Notes: a model not told the origin generated them from the letters alone. A stretch of DNA of 64,000 bases from Polyangiaceae bacterium (GCA_044376115.1 JBILLK010000003.1:384001-448000), one strand, 5' to 3'. Shown: positions 29,058 to 40,539, counted from the stretch's first letter. Numbers and translations are program-made.

Positions 29058-29183
29058 GTTCTCTCCCAAGGATCGGCTGTTCCGATAAGAGTCCGTTATC
29101 ATGAAACGGTGGCGGCCCATACGCCAGCGGTCCCGAGTCCTCAGTTGGAACTGAAAGTTGCTCGAAGATGAAACCTACCGGGC

Positions 29184-29212
29184 TTGACGACGTAGCCCTA
29201 TCCGCGGATACT
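29184..29212 (+). promoter_or_regulatory. Sigma70-like promoter with an overlapping palindrome
   Basis: TTGACG-17 nt-GATACT about 30 nt upstream of ATG 29242; palindrome TATCCGCGGATA at 29199-29210. Confidence 0.5.
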
Positions 29213-29241
29213 CCTAAGCCTCCCCCTACGTCAGGTGACCC

Positions 29242-29946
29242 ATGCGCAAGCTCGCTGTTTACTCCTTGCTCGGATGCCTATCCCTTCTCGCTTCCGCTTG
29301 TAACTCGGATACCGACGTCGAATCGGGCGAGACCCAGACTGAAGCTCCCCCCTTCCCCGAAGGCCAAGGTCAAGCGCCGAACGCGAGCGCTGTTTACCCG
29401 GCGGGCCCTTACGGGATCAACCCGGGGTCGGTCGTGTCGAACTTCAAGTTCGTTGGTTTCCCCACGCCCGATCAAGCGACGGACTCGGCATTCAACGTCT
29501 CCCTCTCGGATTTCTACAACCCGACCGGGAAAGACGTCTTCCCGGAAGGGTCGGCCTACGGAGCAGGTGAGGCGAAGCCCAAGGCGCTCTGGATCATCGT
29601 GTCGGCTGTGTGGTGCGGGCCGTGCAACCAAGAAGCCGCTGAGACTCTTCCTGGCAAGTACACCGAGTACCAACCCAAGGGTGTTGAGTTTCTGTTGAAT
29701 CTGGCTGACGGCCCGACCCCGGGGATTCCGGCTGAGTTCAAGCACCTGAAGAACTGGGTCAAAAAGTATGAGACGCGGTTCCCCGCCGTGGTGGACCCGA
29801 GCTACAAGCTCAGTGCGCTCTTTCAGCAGAACGCCTTCCCGGCCAACATGATCGTTGACACGCGAACGATGGAGATCGTCGAGTCGATCGCAGGCGCACC
29901 CAACGGTGCCTTCTACGCCAAGCTGGACTCACTCATCGCAGAGTAG
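29242..29946 (+). CDS. TlpA/ResA-like thioredoxin-fold lipoprotein (WCGPC)
   Basis: Lipobox ASAC, SAVWCGPC, cis-Pro motif AFP. Confidence 0.87.
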   Translation: MRKLAVYSLLGCLSLLASACNSDTDVESGETQTEAPPFPEGQGQAPNASAVYPAGPYGINPGSVVSNFKFVGFPTPDQATDSAFNVSLSDFYNPTGKDVFPEGSAYGAGEAKPKALWIIVSAVWCGPCNQEAAETLPGKYTEYQPKGVEFLLNLADGPTPGIPAEFKHLKNWVKKYETRFPAVVDPSYKLSALFQQNAFPANMIVDTRTMEIVESIAGAPNGAFYAKLDSLIAE

Positions 29947-30072
29947 CTGTCTCCTTCCCCTTGGTTCTAACTGCGCTCGGGCTATAACGGTCCGAGCGCA
30001 TTTTTGTGGGCTCGACTTGGTTCCCGTGTGAAAGTCGAGCGTGTTCAGGCCCCTCGCTACCCGGAGCTCCAC

Positions 30073-30630
30073 GTGAAAATCCTGCCTCTCGCCTTGTTGC
30101 TCTCCGCCGTTGTTTCAGCTGGCTGCAGCAGCACCACCACGAACGGCAAGGTCGAGGTAGCTGACGCCGCCTCTGCCCCGAATACAACCGACCCGGCTGC
30201 GGCCAAGGGCAACGCCCCCGACTTCACGCTGCCCACGCTCGACGGGAAAAACGTTTCGCTGTCTGAGCACCAAGGCAAAGTGGTGCTGGTGGACTTCTGG
30301 TCGACCACTTGCAACCCCTGCCTCGAGGAGATGCCGCACCTCGTCGAGATCTACGAGAAGTACAAGGCGAAGGGTTTTGTCATCCTTGCCGTTTCAGGGG
30401 ACGGCCCTGAAACTCGGAGCAACGTCTCCACGGTGGTTCATCAGAAGAAGATGAACTTCCCCGTCTTGATGGATGAAGAGACCACGGTGATTGCCCGATA
30501 CAACCCCAAGAAGGACATGCCGTTTTGGGTGCTGATCGACCGGGCGGGAAACATCGTTAAAAAGAAGAACGGCTACGACCCGGGCGATGAAGAGAAGCTA
30601 GCCGCCGATATTGAGAGTTTGCTCAAGTGA
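30073..30630 (+). CDS. TlpA family disulfide reductase lipoprotein (CNPC)
   Basis: Lipobox SAGC, APDFTLPTLDG, VDFWSTTCNPCLEEMP, LIDRAG. Confidence 0.9.
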   Translation: MKILPLALLLSAVVSAGCSSTTTNGKVEVADAASAPNTTDPAAAKGNAPDFTLPTLDGKNVSLSEHQGKVVLVDFWSTTCNPCLEEMPHLVEIYEKYKAKGFVILAVSGDGPETRSNVSTVVHQKKMNFPVLMDEETTVIARYNPKKDMPFWVLIDRAGNIVKKKNGYDPGDEEKLAADIESLLK

Positions 30631-30661
30631 GCCGAGCCGGCTGCTCGTGAAGAGGGCCCGA

Positions 30662-32728
30662 GTGGTGAAGTTGCGTCTTTGGGCAGGGTTAGCGAGCACG
30701 TTGGGGCTCGTATGCAGTCGTGAAGCCCTGGCCGTGGAGGTTGAGGACGTTGCTGGGGAAACGCTCACCGTTGACGTTACCAATACCGCGATTGCGAATT
30801 ACCTCTTCGACAATCGCAACGACAGCTCAACTACGGTCCCGCCGCCTTCGACGGTCGTCGACGATACCTTCGGCGAGTTCATCGACCACCTCAACCTCTC
30901 GGTCTACTACTGGCGTTTCCGGCTCGGAATGCGCGTTGACCTTAATACTTATTACGCGCAGCTAGACGATTACGATCTCCGAGACATCGCTAGGGAGCGG
31001 TTGCCCCCTGACCCTGGTAATCCCTTTGGGCCATCGGGCGTAGACCGCTACGACTACGAGAACGCGTTCCGCCGCGAGCTTCACACCCGTTACAAGAATA
31101 CTATCTACCCGTCGAAGCTCTTTGCCGGTTACACGGCGCCTGGGGTGGACATCACGATTGGCGATTTCTACGCCCAGCTCGGTCGAGGCATCGTGCTCAG
31201 CGTTCGCAAGATCGATGAGGTCGGGCAAGACACGACCATCCGCGGCTTCAAGACCTCCTTCAAAAAGAGCTTCGAAGACGGCTCGCTCTCGGTGACTGCG
31301 CTTGCCGGTCAAGCCAACCCATTGCGCGTGGATGACCAAACAGGCCGTCGGCTCCATGGCGCTGGCTCTCTCCTGTTCTTCGGCTTCCCCGAGGCGAAGG
31401 ACTTTACCTATTACACCTTCGATCAGAGCGGCGCTGCCGGCTACGTCACGGACAAGGCTCGGCCCAGCTACCTAGAGGACGCGATCTACGGGCTCAGCGT
31501 GGAGGCCGGACCAAAGCAGGTGCTGATCGGCGCGCACTCTTCGTTGATCGTGCGCAAGTCCAACAGCGAATCCTTCATCGATTGCCAAGCCGCCAACGGG
31601 CAGGACTGCGCAAGCGCCTTTCCCACCTTCACGACGCTCAGTGACTCCGCGCTGCGAGACGCGATCATTTCCGCGAGCGGAAGCGTCAATGTGCCCAGCA
31701 TCGATGGGCATGGTGACGCCTATCTCGAGGTTGCCGTTCAGCACGCGACCAATGGTCGTGCTACCGCAAAAGACGGTGACGGGTATGTCCGAGTCAAGGA
31801 CCACACAGGCTACGGAATCTTTCTCAATGCAACCTTGCGAGAGGGGCCCGTCGCGCTGACGTTCGAGGGCAAGCACTACCACTCATTGTTGCCGCTCTCA
31901 GGGAACATCAGCGCAGACTTAGGCGGTAACGGTGTATCGGCCGCTCCTGAATTTGGGACGATCGCCTACAACCAGCCGCCTAACGCTGACAGCTTCTACC
32001 AAGAGCCGCTCGGCTCGCCCAACATCTGCATCACCGGCGGGCGCTTGCGAGCCGACTATCAAGCCAATACCCATACCGGGGTCTATAGCTGGGTAGGCTT
32101 CTTCAATAGCCAAACAGAAGAAGACGCACGAAACATTGATTGTGAAACCGACGAGCCCTCGAAAGTAACGCGCACGCTCGACGCTGCAAGCGGAACAGAC
32201 TTGGCGTTCGAGAAGGGGAAAACCTACGTAAAGGCCTGGATTGGCGGGCGCCAAACCTTCAATGCCGCGCCCGTAGAGAGCGTCAACAAGATCGTGCCCA
32301 CGGACCAGTTCTACCGTGAAGGCTACATTCGCTATGACGTAGCAAAGCACCTTGCAGGTGATTTTACTCTTCAGTCCCAGGGCTTTCACCGGCACCGCTA
32401 TGAGCCTACGCTCTCCGCGAGCTGGTGGAATGAAGGCGAGAACTACTTGGCTTTGCGCTGGGCACCTCACTTCGCCTTTATCTTCGGCTTTGAGTATCTC
32501 GGTCGGCCAGGCTGCAGTCCCGATGTGGACGGTGGAACGTGCTTCTACTTTAGCGGTGGAGCACAGTTCAAAGCCTCCTCGTCGAAAGACAACTTCGCCG
32601 AGATGCTCTTTGACACGGTGAACGTCTTCGTGGGCCAACGCCGCGGCGCGATTCGCTGTGTCTCAGGCGTATGCAGGCAATTCCCTCCGTTTGAAGGGGC
32701 CAAGCTCGAGCTGACGTCTCGCTTTTAG
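30662..32728 (+). CDS. DUF6029-like outer-membrane beta-barrel protein
   Basis: Signal peptide; GDFYAQLGRGIVL; C-terminal GQRRGAIRCVSGVCR...LELTSRF ending in Phe. Confidence 0.7.
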   Translation: MVKLRLWAGLASTLGLVCSREALAVEVEDVAGETLTVDVTNTAIANYLFDNRNDSSTTVPPPSTVVDDTFGEFIDHLNLSVYYWRFRLGMRVDLNTYYAQLDDYDLRDIARERLPPDPGNPFGPSGVDRYDYENAFRRELHTRYKNTIYPSKLFAGYTAPGVDITIGDFYAQLGRGIVLSVRKIDEVGQDTTIRGFKTSFKKSFEDGSLSVTALAGQANPLRVDDQTGRRLHGAGSLLFFGFPEAKDFTYYTFDQSGAAGYVTDKARPSYLEDAIYGLSVEAGPKQVLIGAHSSLIVRKSNSESFIDCQAANGQDCASAFPTFTTLSDSALRDAIISASGSVNVPSIDGHGDAYLEVAVQHATNGRATAKDGDGYVRVKDHTGYGIFLNATLREGPVALTFEGKHYHSLLPLSGNISADLGGNGVSAAPEFGTIAYNQPPNADSFYQEPLGSPNICITGGRLRADYQANTHTGVYSWVGFFNSQTEEDARNIDCETDEPSKVTRTLDAASGTDLAFEKGKTYVKAWIGGRQTFNAAPVESVNKIVPTDQFYREGYIRYDVAKHLAGDFTLQSQGFHRHRYEPTLSASWWNEGENYLALRWAPHFAFIFGFEYLGRPGCSPDVDGGTCFYFSGGAQFKASSSKDNFAEMLFDTVNVFVGQRRGAIRCVSGVCRQFPPFEGAKLELTSRF

Positions 32729-32798
32729 TCGAGGCTACTTAGGCCTCAGCCGGCCGTTTGCGCTCGAGCGCCGTGTGGTCAGCGCTCGAGCGACTTGC

Positions 32799-34094
32799 TC
32801 AGCGCTCGTGCGCCAACACCGAACAGGCCACCGTGGCCCGCACGTAGGACTGCGGATCGGCGAGCAAGCGCGCGGCCCGCTTTTGCTCTCCGAGGTTGAC
32901 CAGGTGGCGAGCTGCGTACGCCCGCGCGAATTGCGCTTCTCCGCTGAGCTCCTTCTCGAGCAGCACCACAACACGCTGATCCTGCAGGGACGCAAGCTCC
33001 CCCATCGCGCGGTTCTTGTCGGAGTCGTCGCTCTTGGCGATCTCGAGGAGCTTCTCGCGAGCCTCTTTTTGCTCCTTCTCGTTGCCCACCTGCGCCAGCC
33101 GACCGAGCGCGATCAACGCCACGCCGGCGTCGGTGTCTTTCTTCGCCTCACGCAGTGCTTCGAGCACTACGTCGTTGGTCGGGGCCATCAGCATGGCGAA
33201 GGTGCGATCTTCGCGCGTGCCGAGCTTGATGGCCCGCACCAAAACGCCCAACGCAATTTCGTTGGCAGCGCGATCCTTCGGATCATTGAGGGCGAGCCGT
33301 GACAAAGCGATGGCTGCTGCGATGTTGGCTGCGCCGCCACTTTCAGCGATGCGCACGAGCTCCTCGCGGCCGCCGGCCTCGAACGTTGGTGAGGCGACAT
33401 AAGCGTCGACGATCGACTCCTTCAGCCGGCTGTCTGCGCGCAACCAGAGGTCTTTCAGCGCGACCGTGGCTCGGTCCCCGCCAATTCGTCCGAGGGCCCT
33501 CACCGCAGCGGCCCGCGCAGCAGGGTACGGATCGACGCGGCCTGCCTCGACCAACGCGTCAAAGTCTTCCGGCGAGGGAGCCGACATGGCTGCGCGCAAC
33601 GAGTTCATGCGCACGCGTTCGTCCAGGTCGAGGAAGAGCTGCCGCCGAAGCCCAAAGTCGTCAGAGTCAATCAGGCCGCGCGCGCCAAGCGCCTTGTAGG
33701 CGGGGCGGGCATCGCCATCGAGGGCGAGGTCCACGTACTCATCGATGCTCACCACGCCCGACGAAAGCAGCAGCTGACCCGCAACGGCGCCGAGGTCATC
33801 GCCCTTGTCGAAGCGGGCTGAAAGCTCACCTTCAACCTGCTCGGCGCAGCCACCGAATACCAGCAGCAGCTGCTCACCTTCAGCGTCTTTGGCCTGACGA
33901 ATCTCGACTTCAGCGATGGCCAGAGCGATGTCTTCCACGTCACCGTCGGAGAGCTCATCCGACTTTTGCGCCGCCTCGATCTCCTTGGCAAGCTTCGGGT
34001 AGTCGGGCTTTCGAGCCGTCTCCACCATCGGGCTTACGGCGCATCCCGCCGCAGTCATCAGCACCAAGGCCACGCCGAGGGAGACGATTCGCAT
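32799..34094 (-). CDS. HEAT-repeat lipoprotein
   Basis: Lipobox AAGC; repeats such as DPYPAARAAAVRALGRIG and DPQSYVRATVA. Confidence 0.8.
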   Translation of the reverse strand: MRIVSLGVALVLMTAAGCAVSPMVETARKPDYPKLAKEIEAAQKSDELSDGDVEDIALAIAEVEIRQAKDAEGEQLLLVFGGCAEQVEGELSARFDKGDDLGAVAGQLLLSSGVVSIDEYVDLALDGDARPAYKALGARGLIDSDDFGLRRQLFLDLDERVRMNSLRAAMSAPSPEDFDALVEAGRVDPYPAARAAAVRALGRIGGDRATVALKDLWLRADSRLKESIVDAYVASPTFEAGGREELVRIAESGGAANIAAAIALSRLALNDPKDRAANEIALGVLVRAIKLGTREDRTFAMLMAPTNDVVLEALREAKKDTDAGVALIALGRLAQVGNEKEQKEAREKLLEIAKSDDSDKNRAMGELASLQDQRVVVLLEKELSGEAQFARAYAARHLVNLGEQKRAARLLADPQSYVRATVACSVLAHER

Positions 34095-34207
34095 GGTGAA
34101 GGAGTAGTTGCACTCGGGGCGGTTCGCAAAGCAAACTTCGCCCCTTTCCGAAATCCTTCCGCCCTACCGTTACTCGTTCGCCCGGAATGGGCGGCCTGCA
34201 TAAACCC

Positions 34208-35179
34208 ATGTCCATCCACGTAATCGCCAACCTCAGTGCGCGCGGCCTGAAACAGGGCTTCGCGCGCCGAACGGCGATTCGCGAGCTGACCGCTGGCCGC
34301 GCGACCCTCCACGAAACGAGCCGGCTCGATCAGCTGCCCGAACTTTTGGAGCAGATCGTCCGTGATGGCTGCGAGCTGCTGATTCTCGGCGGCGGCGATG
34401 GCACGTTCATGAGCGGTGTCTCCGCTTTGGTGAAGGCCAAGGAGCAGGCCTCCGAAGGCGGATCGGGGAAGACGAGTCATTTCCCGGTCGTGGGGCTTTT
34501 GCCGCTGGGCACGGTTGGAACCGTGGCACGCAACTTCGGGCCGGCGGGCAAGCCCGAGCTGCTGCTCGAGCAGTGGCTCTCCGGGGGAGAGCTCGCGGTG
34601 GTTCCGCGCCCAACTCTGCGCGTCGAAGCTCGACTCGGTGTCGAGCGTGTCGAGCGCGTCGGGTTCATCGTTGGGACCGGGCTCGTGGCCCAGTTCTTCG
34701 ACGTTTATGAGGCGCGAGGCGCTACCGGCACAGGCCTCGCAGCGAAGATCGCAGCACGCATTTTCGTGGAGTCCTTTCGTGGGGGGCCGCTGGCGACTCG
34801 GGTACTTACGCCAACGCCGTGCGAGCTAACGATCGATGGGAAGTTGAGCGAGACGCGGGCTGTTTCCCTGTTGCTCGGCGCTGTGGTTCGCGACCTCGGG
34901 CTTTCGATGAAGGTCTGCTACCGCGCGGGGGAGGACCCAGCACGCTTTCATCTGGTCGCGAGTTCGCTTCCGCCGGTACGCCTCGGAAGGCGCGCCCCGC
35001 TCGTGATGCTCGGGCGGGAGATCGGCGGAGAGGGCTCGGTTGACCGGCTGGTTCAAAGCTTCGACTTGCGCTTCGTCGAGCCCGGAGGTCGCTTCGTTCT
35101 GGACGGCGATCTATTCAGCGCAGACAGCTTTGCGGTCCGCGCTGGGCCGGTGTTGCCCATCATCGGCCCGCGCCGATGA
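34208..35179 (+). CDS. Diacylglycerol/lipid kinase family protein
   Basis: GGGDGT, LPLGTVG, LDGD. Confidence 0.82.
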   Translation: MSIHVIANLSARGLKQGFARRTAIRELTAGRATLHETSRLDQLPELLEQIVRDGCELLILGGGDGTFMSGVSALVKAKEQASEGGSGKTSHFPVVGLLPLGTVGTVARNFGPAGKPELLLEQWLSGGELAVVPRPTLRVEARLGVERVERVGFIVGTGLVAQFFDVYEARGATGTGLAAKIAARIFVESFRGGPLATRVLTPTPCELTIDGKLSETRAVSLLLGAVVRDLGLSMKVCYRAGEDPARFHLVASSLPPVRLGRRAPLVMLGREIGGEGSVDRLVQSFDLRFVEPGGRFVLDGDLFSADSFAVRAGPVLPIIGPRR

Positions 35180-35196
35180 TGAGCCCCGCCTTCGGC

Positions 35197-36879
<1,683 letters not shown>

Positions 36880-37056
36880 TCAGCTTCCAGTGAGGTTCGT
36901 AGCGTGCCGATCGTTCGTGAGAACCACGTGAACGGCACAAGCGTTGCGACGCCAACGCCGACGTCGCAGTTGGGAGTTAAGTGGCCTCGCGCGTCGCGTC
37001 AACGCGATCGATTTCGTATCCGTCGTTCGGCAAGAGTGGTACTTTGCTCGACCCAC

Positions 37057-37872
37057 TTGAGGCTCGCGCGAATCCTTCCACGAAGGGCCCTGCGCCCTCG
37101 CTTGGCACTCGAGCGTGACGGCCATTTGTATGACGTCGAGGCCCTCGAGACGGCGCTGGGACAGCCGTTTCAATCGGAAGACCCGTCGGATTTCAGAGGT
37201 CGCGTCGTTGCCCTGGGGTTGGCCGGGTTGCGTGAGCTCGATCAGGCGCTGCTCACAGGCCGTCGTCCGAGGAGCGCCTACCTCGAGGGCGCGGGCTTGT
37301 TACCGCCCTTCGACGCTGAGGCCGGAAGCCATTTCCAGGTCGATCTTCGCGCGGAGCCTGCGACGTTTGCTCCTGGAGTGGCGCGCGCGGTGCTGGGCCA
37401 GGACGAATTCGTGGGCCTCCACCCGGGTGAGCTCACGATCTGCCCGGCGCTCGCGGTGGTGTTGGGCGAGGAGCTGCAGGCGGCGTCTCTTCACGAGGTA
37501 CGAGCCGCCATTGTGGGCTTTTCGCTGGGCATCGCGTGGGGGGGAGCAGGGGGCCACCGCGTGCTTCGGCAGACCACGCAGTGTGGCCCGCTGCTGCTTA
37601 CCCCCAACGAGCTGCGCCTGCCGAGCCTCGTGCTCACGCTGCATGTCGGGGAGCAGACGACGCGGGTCGAGGCCCCGGCGAACCTTGCGAAGGTCATCGA
37701 GCAGAGCTTGGTCGAGCTGTCCGGCGATGTGACGCTCGCAGGCGGCGACTTGGTGACGTTCCTTTTGCCAAGCCCTTCGCTGTTGGTGCGCGAGCACGAG
37801 CCAGTCGCGCTCACTCTGCCCAACGTCATGAGCCTGCGTGGGGTTGGCGTCCCGCGGCGTGCCCAGCGTTGA
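37057..37872 (+). CDS. Degenerate fumarylacetoacetate-hydrolase-fold protein
   Basis: MRLARI start (TTG), LAVVLG, IVGFSL, GPLLLTPNEL, TLAGGDLV; metal-binding acidic residues not seen. Confidence 0.6.
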   Translation: MRLARILPRRALRPRLALERDGHLYDVEALETALGQPFQSEDPSDFRGRVVALGLAGLRELDQALLTGRRPRSAYLEGAGLLPPFDAEAGSHFQVDLRAEPATFAPGVARAVLGQDEFVGLHPGELTICPALAVVLGEELQAASLHEVRAAIVGFSLGIAWGGAGGHRVLRQTTQCGPLLLTPNELRLPSLVLTLHVGEQTTRVEAPANLAKVIEQSLVELSGDVTLAGGDLVTFLLPSPSLLVREHEPVALTLPNVMSLRGVGVPRRAQR

Positions 37873-37875
37873 TGC

Positions 37876-38448
37876 TTAGAAGGTGCCGGCTACGCCGAGA
37901 CCGACGGCGTCACGAACGACGAACGGCACCGGGCTGATCGAAGCGCTCGCGGTGTTGTCCGTTTGAAGAAAGATGCTTTCGGCGATGAGCCCCAGCCCGC
38001 CGAGTTGCAGCAGTGCGTCGACCACGTAGATGGTGCCGCGAAGGCCCATCATCCCGCCGCAATCTCCTTCGCCGATGGTGGTCTCTTCACCGGGAGCGCA
38101 GCCGCTCTCACCGAGCCCGATCCACGGGCCAGCAACCGGGATGAAGAGGTAATCGGCTCCGGGAAGATCCGTCCACAAGGCACCCATCAGCGCCATGCTG
38201 CCGTACGAGACGGCAAACATGCCGAGCCCGCCCACCAGGGCTCGCCAGCGCGCATCCGGCGGAGGTAACCCACCAATGTCACCGCTTGCAGCGCCGGCTG
38301 GTGCAGCGACCTTCGCCTCGGGCGCTGGTGCGGCAACAACCTTCGCTTCGGGCGCTGGTGCGGCCGCCTGCGCTAGCGCCTCGCCGCTTACGCTCAGCGC
38401 GAGCCCAACGGCGAGGGTGGACGCAGCGGACAGAACTCGCGCCGTCAT
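37876..38448 (-). CDS. Secreted or membrane hypothetical protein ending in a beta-strand with Phe
   Basis: Signal peptide, duplicated AAPAPEAKV, IPVAGPW, C-terminal GLGVAGTF; ATGA overlap with upstream gene. Confidence 0.72.
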   Translation of the reverse strand: MTARVLSAASTLAVGLALSVSGEALAQAAAPAPEAKVVAAPAPEAKVAAPAGAASGDIGGLPPPDARWRALVGGLGMFAVSYGSMALMGALWTDLPGADYLFIPVAGPWIGLGESGCAPGEETTIGEGDCGGMMGLRGTIYVVDALLQLGGLGLIAESIFLQTDNTASASISPVPFVVRDAVGLGVAGTF

Positions 38449-38951
38449 TTCTTCTTCGGATCCTTCGTCGGCGTGGCGGAGGGGTTGGGCGCGAGTTTGA
38501 CCGTGTACGGGATGGTCAACTGGCCCTCGAAGGTGAGGGCGTACTCGCCAACGAACGCGCGCTTGATGCAGTTCTCCACCGCGGTTCCGGCGAACGGCGT
38601 ACCAACCACCGCATCCACGACTTTGCCGGCCTTGCCGTCCACCACCACCTGAATCTCGCCCTCGCCAGCGACGTTGGCGTTGGCTGCCTTGTTGCACTGA
38701 GCAGCCTTCTCCCCGCCGCGGCGAAGAGCCACCTTGATCTGGTCCTTGGTGTCTTGGTTCAACTCGTCGGGGGACGAGGTTTCCACCGGCGGAGGAGCCT
38801 TGGGCGTGACCGTGCTGTCCGTCATCGGGATCGAAATCTCGAACTCGTCCTTCGGCGGAGCAGAAGCACATGCCACCGCGGAGCCTGCAAGAGCGGCGAG
38901 AAAAAGCGAGAGAGTTCCTCGATGGCGAAAGCTCGGTGCGCGATGGATCAT
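38445..38951 (-). CDS. Lipoprotein with TonB-C/AgmX-like C-terminal domain
   Basis: Lipobox AVAC, Pro-rich linker, QC...GEIQVVVDG...VENCI. Confidence 0.68.
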   Translation of the reverse strand: MIHRAPSFRHRGTLSLFLAALAGSAVACASAPPKDEFEISIPMTDSTVTPKAPPPVETSSPDELNQDTKDQIKVALRRGGEKAAQCNKAANANVAGEGEIQVVVDGKAGKVVDAVVGTPFAGTAVENCIKRAFVGEYALTFEGQLTIPYTVKLAPNPSATPTKDPKKK

Positions 38952-39069
38952 TTCGACTGTCTCCCAATTCTGCGACGGTGCGGGGGGACCTTAGCAAGGC
39001 TGTGCCAAGGATGGGAAAGGTTGTTCCGCTTGCGGATTGTGTTATCCGCAAAGCGTGCGGCTTCGATTC

Positions 39070-40512
39070 ATGCCTGCGGCTTTGATCTTGGTCGCGTTGG
39101 CTGCGGCGCTGTCGCCCGAAAGCCACGCTGATCAGACTCCCCAGCCGGTCGCTTCGGCTCGGTCCGCCGCGACAGCAGACGAGGTTGGTCGTGCGGTAAG
39201 CGAGCTCGCGCGGAAGATCGAGAAGCTCGGCGGCACGCTGAGCGCATCGGTGGTCGCCGTCGATTCGGGGGCGATTCTCGGCGAGCACAACTCGCACGAG
39301 CCGCTCAATCCCGCGTCCAACGCCAAGCTGCTGACCGCTGGCTTGGTGCTCGAACAGCTCGGGCCTGAACACCGGTTCGTTGCCGGCCTGACCGGTGAGC
39401 TCAAAGAAGGTCGGGTCGAGGAACTGACGCTACGCGGCAACTGGGATCCCTCTCTCGACGCAGCGGCCCTGCGCGGACTCGTGCGGCAATTGCGGGTGCG
39501 TGGAGTGGAGTCGGTCAACCACGTGTTGGTCGATCAAGGCCGGTTCTCGGGCTCGTTCACCCCACCGGCGTTCGAGCAGCAACCGGGGGAGTGGGCGCCT
39601 TTCCGTGCGCCGGTTGCGCCCACGAGCTACGAGCGAAACACCGTCACCGTTTGGGTGACGCCCGGCCGCGAGCCGAAAGACGTCGCCAAATTAAACGTCG
39701 ACCCGCTGGGCTTTCTCGAGCTGAGCGGGAGCGTGAAGACCTCTTCCGACTCCGAGTCGGAGAAGATCGGGCTCACCCTGACGCCGGGCAGCACGCTGAA
39801 GGCCAAGCTCGGCGGCTCCATCCCGGTTGGTTCGGGGCCAGTCCCAGCGATTCGTCGTGTGGAAGACCCATCGTTGCTCGCGGGCCATGCCTTGCGCGCG
39901 TTGCTCGAAGAGCAGGGCATTACGGTCAAAGGTGAAGTCCGGCCAGGTACGAAGGCACGCCAATCGCTGTTGGCAAGTCGCCCCTCCCCTTCGGTGGCCG
40001 AGCTTTTGGCGCGACTCGGTAAAGACAGCGACAACTTCACCGCCGAGATGCTCTTTCTCGCGGCGGGAGCCTCGAGCAGCGGTGAAACGAGCTTCGGCCA
40101 GGCTCAAAGCAGCGCGCTGGCGCACGCCAAACTTCGCGGCGTCCCCGACGGCGAATGGCTGGTCCAAAATGGCTCGGGCCTCTTCCAAGCGAACAAAGCC
40201 AGCGCCAACGCCATCACCACGCTGCTTCGCAATGAGGCGCGCTCTTCACGAACCGGGCCCGAGTACGTGGCTCATCTCGCGGTTGGTGGCGTCGACGGCA
40301 CGCTCAAGAAGCGCCTCAAACCCTTGGCGACCTCGCGCACCGTCCGCGCAAAAACCGGAACGCTCGCCGCAAGCGTCGCACTCTCCGGCTACGTCCTAGG
40401 CTCAGACGGCCAACCTCTGTTCGCGTTCTCCTTCATCACCGGATCGGTCAAAGGCAAAACGGGCCAGGCTCGGGACGCCATCGATGATGCCGTCCTGGCG
40501 CTGGCCCGCTAA
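39070..40512 (+). CDS. dacB: D-Ala-D-Ala carboxypeptidase/endopeptidase PBP4 (S13)
   Basis: PASNAK (SxxK), SDN (SxN), AKTGT, NGSGL. Confidence 0.93.
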   Translation: MPAALILVALAAALSPESHADQTPQPVASARSAATADEVGRAVSELARKIEKLGGTLSASVVAVDSGAILGEHNSHEPLNPASNAKLLTAGLVLEQLGPEHRFVAGLTGELKEGRVEELTLRGNWDPSLDAAALRGLVRQLRVRGVESVNHVLVDQGRFSGSFTPPAFEQQPGEWAPFRAPVAPTSYERNTVTVWVTPGREPKDVAKLNVDPLGFLELSGSVKTSSDSESEKIGLTLTPGSTLKAKLGGSIPVGSGPVPAIRRVEDPSLLAGHALRALLEEQGITVKGEVRPGTKARQSLLASRPSPSVAELLARLGKDSDNFTAEMLFLAAGASSSGETSFGQAQSSALAHAKLRGVPDGEWLVQNGSGLFQANKASANAITTLLRNEARSSRTGPEYVAHLAVGGVDGTLKKRLKPLATSRTVRAKTGTLAASVALSGYVLGSDGQPLFAFSFITGSVKGKTGQARDAIDDAVLALAR

Positions 40513-40539
40513 GGGCCTTTGAGACTCAGCTAGCGAGGC

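Noticed and set aside
29242..30630. Selenocysteine or readthrough in the redoxins
   Set aside because: All active-site codons are TGC and there is no in-frame TGA.
38305..38365. 30-bp tandem duplication (similar short repeats at 25020-25061)
   Set aside because: In-frame low-complexity linker repeats; not CRISPR or mobile-element ends.
38991..39008. Sigma54-like TGGCACAGCCTTGCT on the minus strand
   Set aside because: The GG-to-GC spacing is 9 nt rather than the required 10.
37876..39372. 498-aa ORF as listed in the track
   Set aside because: Only 37876-38448 looks real. The upstream part overlaps a lipoprotein gene in another frame and dacB on the other strand.
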